A stretch of DNA of 38,458 bases from Tubiluchus corallicola (taxonomy: Eukaryota; Animalia; Priapulida). Each line of letters opens with the position of its first letter. Within the stretch, counting starts at the first letter, position 1. The stretch lies in NCBI GenBank assembly GCA_030141605.1, contig JAQGDQ010001488.1, positions 1-38,458 on the forward strand. The letters are read 5' to 3'. The notes below the pieces were generated by a model. It saw only the letters and a list, made by a program, of their open reading frames with translations, was not told the DNA's origin and did not search any database. The position numbers and the translations under genes are program-made. Shown here one piece after another: positions 36,560 to 38,458 of this stretch.

Positions 36560-37168
36560 ACAATAATAGCACTCCTGAAACTTACTTAATTAGGCACAAG
36601 TAAACAAAGTGGTGTATGTGAATGCAATGAAGTATGAGAATCATATAAAGGCTGCATGTTTTTTATTAGAACAATAATATATATATATTATTGATTCACA
36701 ATAAATTTTGTTTAAAGCACAAGAACATTAGAAAATTAGAAAACCCTCTTCTTAAATAAACCTTAAAACATTTGTCTTGAAATCTTACGTCAGTTAAATG
36801 CTCTGTCTTATTGCATAGAGAGCTTGCATTACCAGTAACGCTGTATAAAACTTTTAAACGTATAAACTCCTACCATGGCCATTAGGCGCAGCCACTTTAA
36901 CGGTAAGTTTAAGTAAGTTAGTGTAAATTTTGAAAAAATCAGGGCTTTCCTAGCACACGCTTCTCTAACAAAGCAAATTATAAATTATAAAGTATTGTCA
37001 GTAAGGTCAAAAATGTGTTTCTTGGTGAGTCAGTGGTGCACACTGGGATGGCGATGCAGCGCTGTCTTACCAGCTGGCACAAATACTTTAAATTATTAAG
37101 TATTTCAAATCACATAAGTCCTTTTACAAGCAGGTACATGATAGAATTTTGCACCAAAATGGGATATA

Positions 37169-37517
37169 CAGTCAACCTCGGGGATAAAGTACTCCCTTAT
37201 AAGGGACCACTGACGCAGGTCCGGATTTTTCATAACGTTTTTCCTTGTAAAAATCTTCGTATATGACGTACTTGGATATAAGCGACATTTGATTATAAGG
37301 GACGATATCTTCAGGTCCCGCGTAATAGAAACTCAGGTAAAATACCTCACATATAAGGGATCCTATGATCAAAGCGAAATTGATCGATTTTTAACCTCAA
37401 TTTTTCGCCAACTCGGCCTTCGGGCAGCTCTGTTTCCTGCGACTCATCTTCGGCTATAAGGGACATCGGATATATTTTTTCCGGTCCGGAGGTGTCCCTT
37501 AGATCCGAGGTTGACTG
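37169..37517. mobile_element. pogo/Tigger-like MITE, TA TSD, copy 2 (internally deleted, opposite orientation)
   Basis: TA|CAGTCAACCTCGG ... CCGAGGTTGACTG|TA; the interior is the reverse complement of 23611-24095. Confidence 0.9.
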
Positions 37518-37664
37518 TACTTTACAAGTTTCTTTTCTTCCTCTTCAAAGACAAGTGCTTAATTGTTCCCGATCGGATTTTCGGAAAAAGCAACACTGAA
37601 AGCCCGTCTACTTCCATTTGTATCACATGTAAAATTGATACCTTATCTGAATTTTTGAACCTAC

Positions 37665-37734
37665 CTCCCAATACGGGTTTGTTGAGTAATGTGTGATCAA
37701 CCGTTTCCTTTGCATCGTCAGTATTTCGCTGCAT
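37665..37734 (-). CDS. ZNF800: ZNF800-like coding exon 1 (MQRNTDDAKETVDHTLLNKPVLG)
   Basis: DHTLLNKPV resembles the ZNF800 D..LL.QP block. GTAGGT donor, phase 1 fits exon 2. An upstream acceptor near 37812 suggests a further 5'-UTR exon. Confidence 0.75.
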
Positions 37735-38059
37735 GCTCACTTGTTTTATGTTACTACTTATAGCAACTAGGAAATGGCGTTACAAATGACGGCTATAGAT
37801 GCGACGTAGTCCTAAACAAAAAATAAATATTTAATAATTAAAATACATAAGTAAATAAATAATACATTGTTATTGCATCAAAATGGAAAATACAGGTTGA
37901 GCAGTCTTAACAAAGTCACGTTTGCTTACTGTTATGTTAGCAAAATTTGCACTTCGCAGGTTCGCACAAGATGTTCCAGAAAAAACATTGCAGTACTATA
38001 TTGAATGTACAAAAACCAGGATATGTGGTAGGCACGCTGGAGTTACTTAAATAAAATAT

Positions 38060-38340
38060 TGTTACGGAGGCACCTGTGTCGGGTCAGGTGTAGGGCGCTC
38101 TACACGCCCTGCTTCCGCGTCAGCAACGACTCACCCCTTTCTTGTAGGTCCAGACGTCTTGTTCGGGCCTACACGTGGCGTGAGAAGCCAGCTGACCTGG
38201 AATGCCAGTATAAAAGCGTGTAGAGGTCACTACAGCCTTGATTTCTGACACAGGTGCTCCTCGGGTGTAGTGCTGTTGCTGAGTTAGTTAGTTATTTTTT
38301 GTTCCCTGTTTTTATTAGTGCTGATAATAAACTCCGTACA
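38060..38340 (+). mobile_element. Probable solo LTR
   Basis: TGTTACGGAG...CTCCGTACA inverted termini (TG..CA), internal TATAAAA (~38208) and AATAAA (~38326). No matching TSD seen. Confidence 0.55.
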
Positions 38341-38458
38341 GTGTAGTTTTTGTGTATTTTATTTTATGAGAGTTAAATGACATGCTATAACAGGTATAAG
38401 GTACTAGTTTACAGATATTAACTTAGTTAATTAGCATAACATTTGTAATTAACATTGA

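Overview
AT-rich, intron-containing eukaryotic (animal, probably marine invertebrate) genomic DNA, not prokaryotic. Three spliced genes can be reconstructed by hand with canonical GT-AG junctions and consistent phases. (1) + strand, 7 exons, join(5693..5722,8900..8999,9603..9756,10714..10854,11324..11453,12193..12432,14216..14608), 395 aa: a secreted protein made of a signal peptide, a Ser/Lys/Gly/Tyr segment, a divergent pentraxin/LamG-like domain and a Gly/Ser/Asn/Tyr/Phe-rich tail. The ORF track shows only fragments of it, and it is the most novel-looking item. (2) + strand AAGAB (p34), join(19403..20003,21274..21405,22168..22328), 297 aa. (3) - strand ZNF800-like zinc-finger gene, complement(join(27123..30518,32798..33007,35875..36152,37665..37734)), 1317 aa, convergent with AAGAB. 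The rest is microsatellites, 5'-truncated LINE ends with a shared 3' stem-loop, several MITE families (pogo/Tigger-like with TA, Kolobok-like with TTAA, hAT-like), SINE-like pieces, a probable solo LTR and 72/91/134-bp minisatellites. All family assignments come from recognising motifs by eye; no database search was run.
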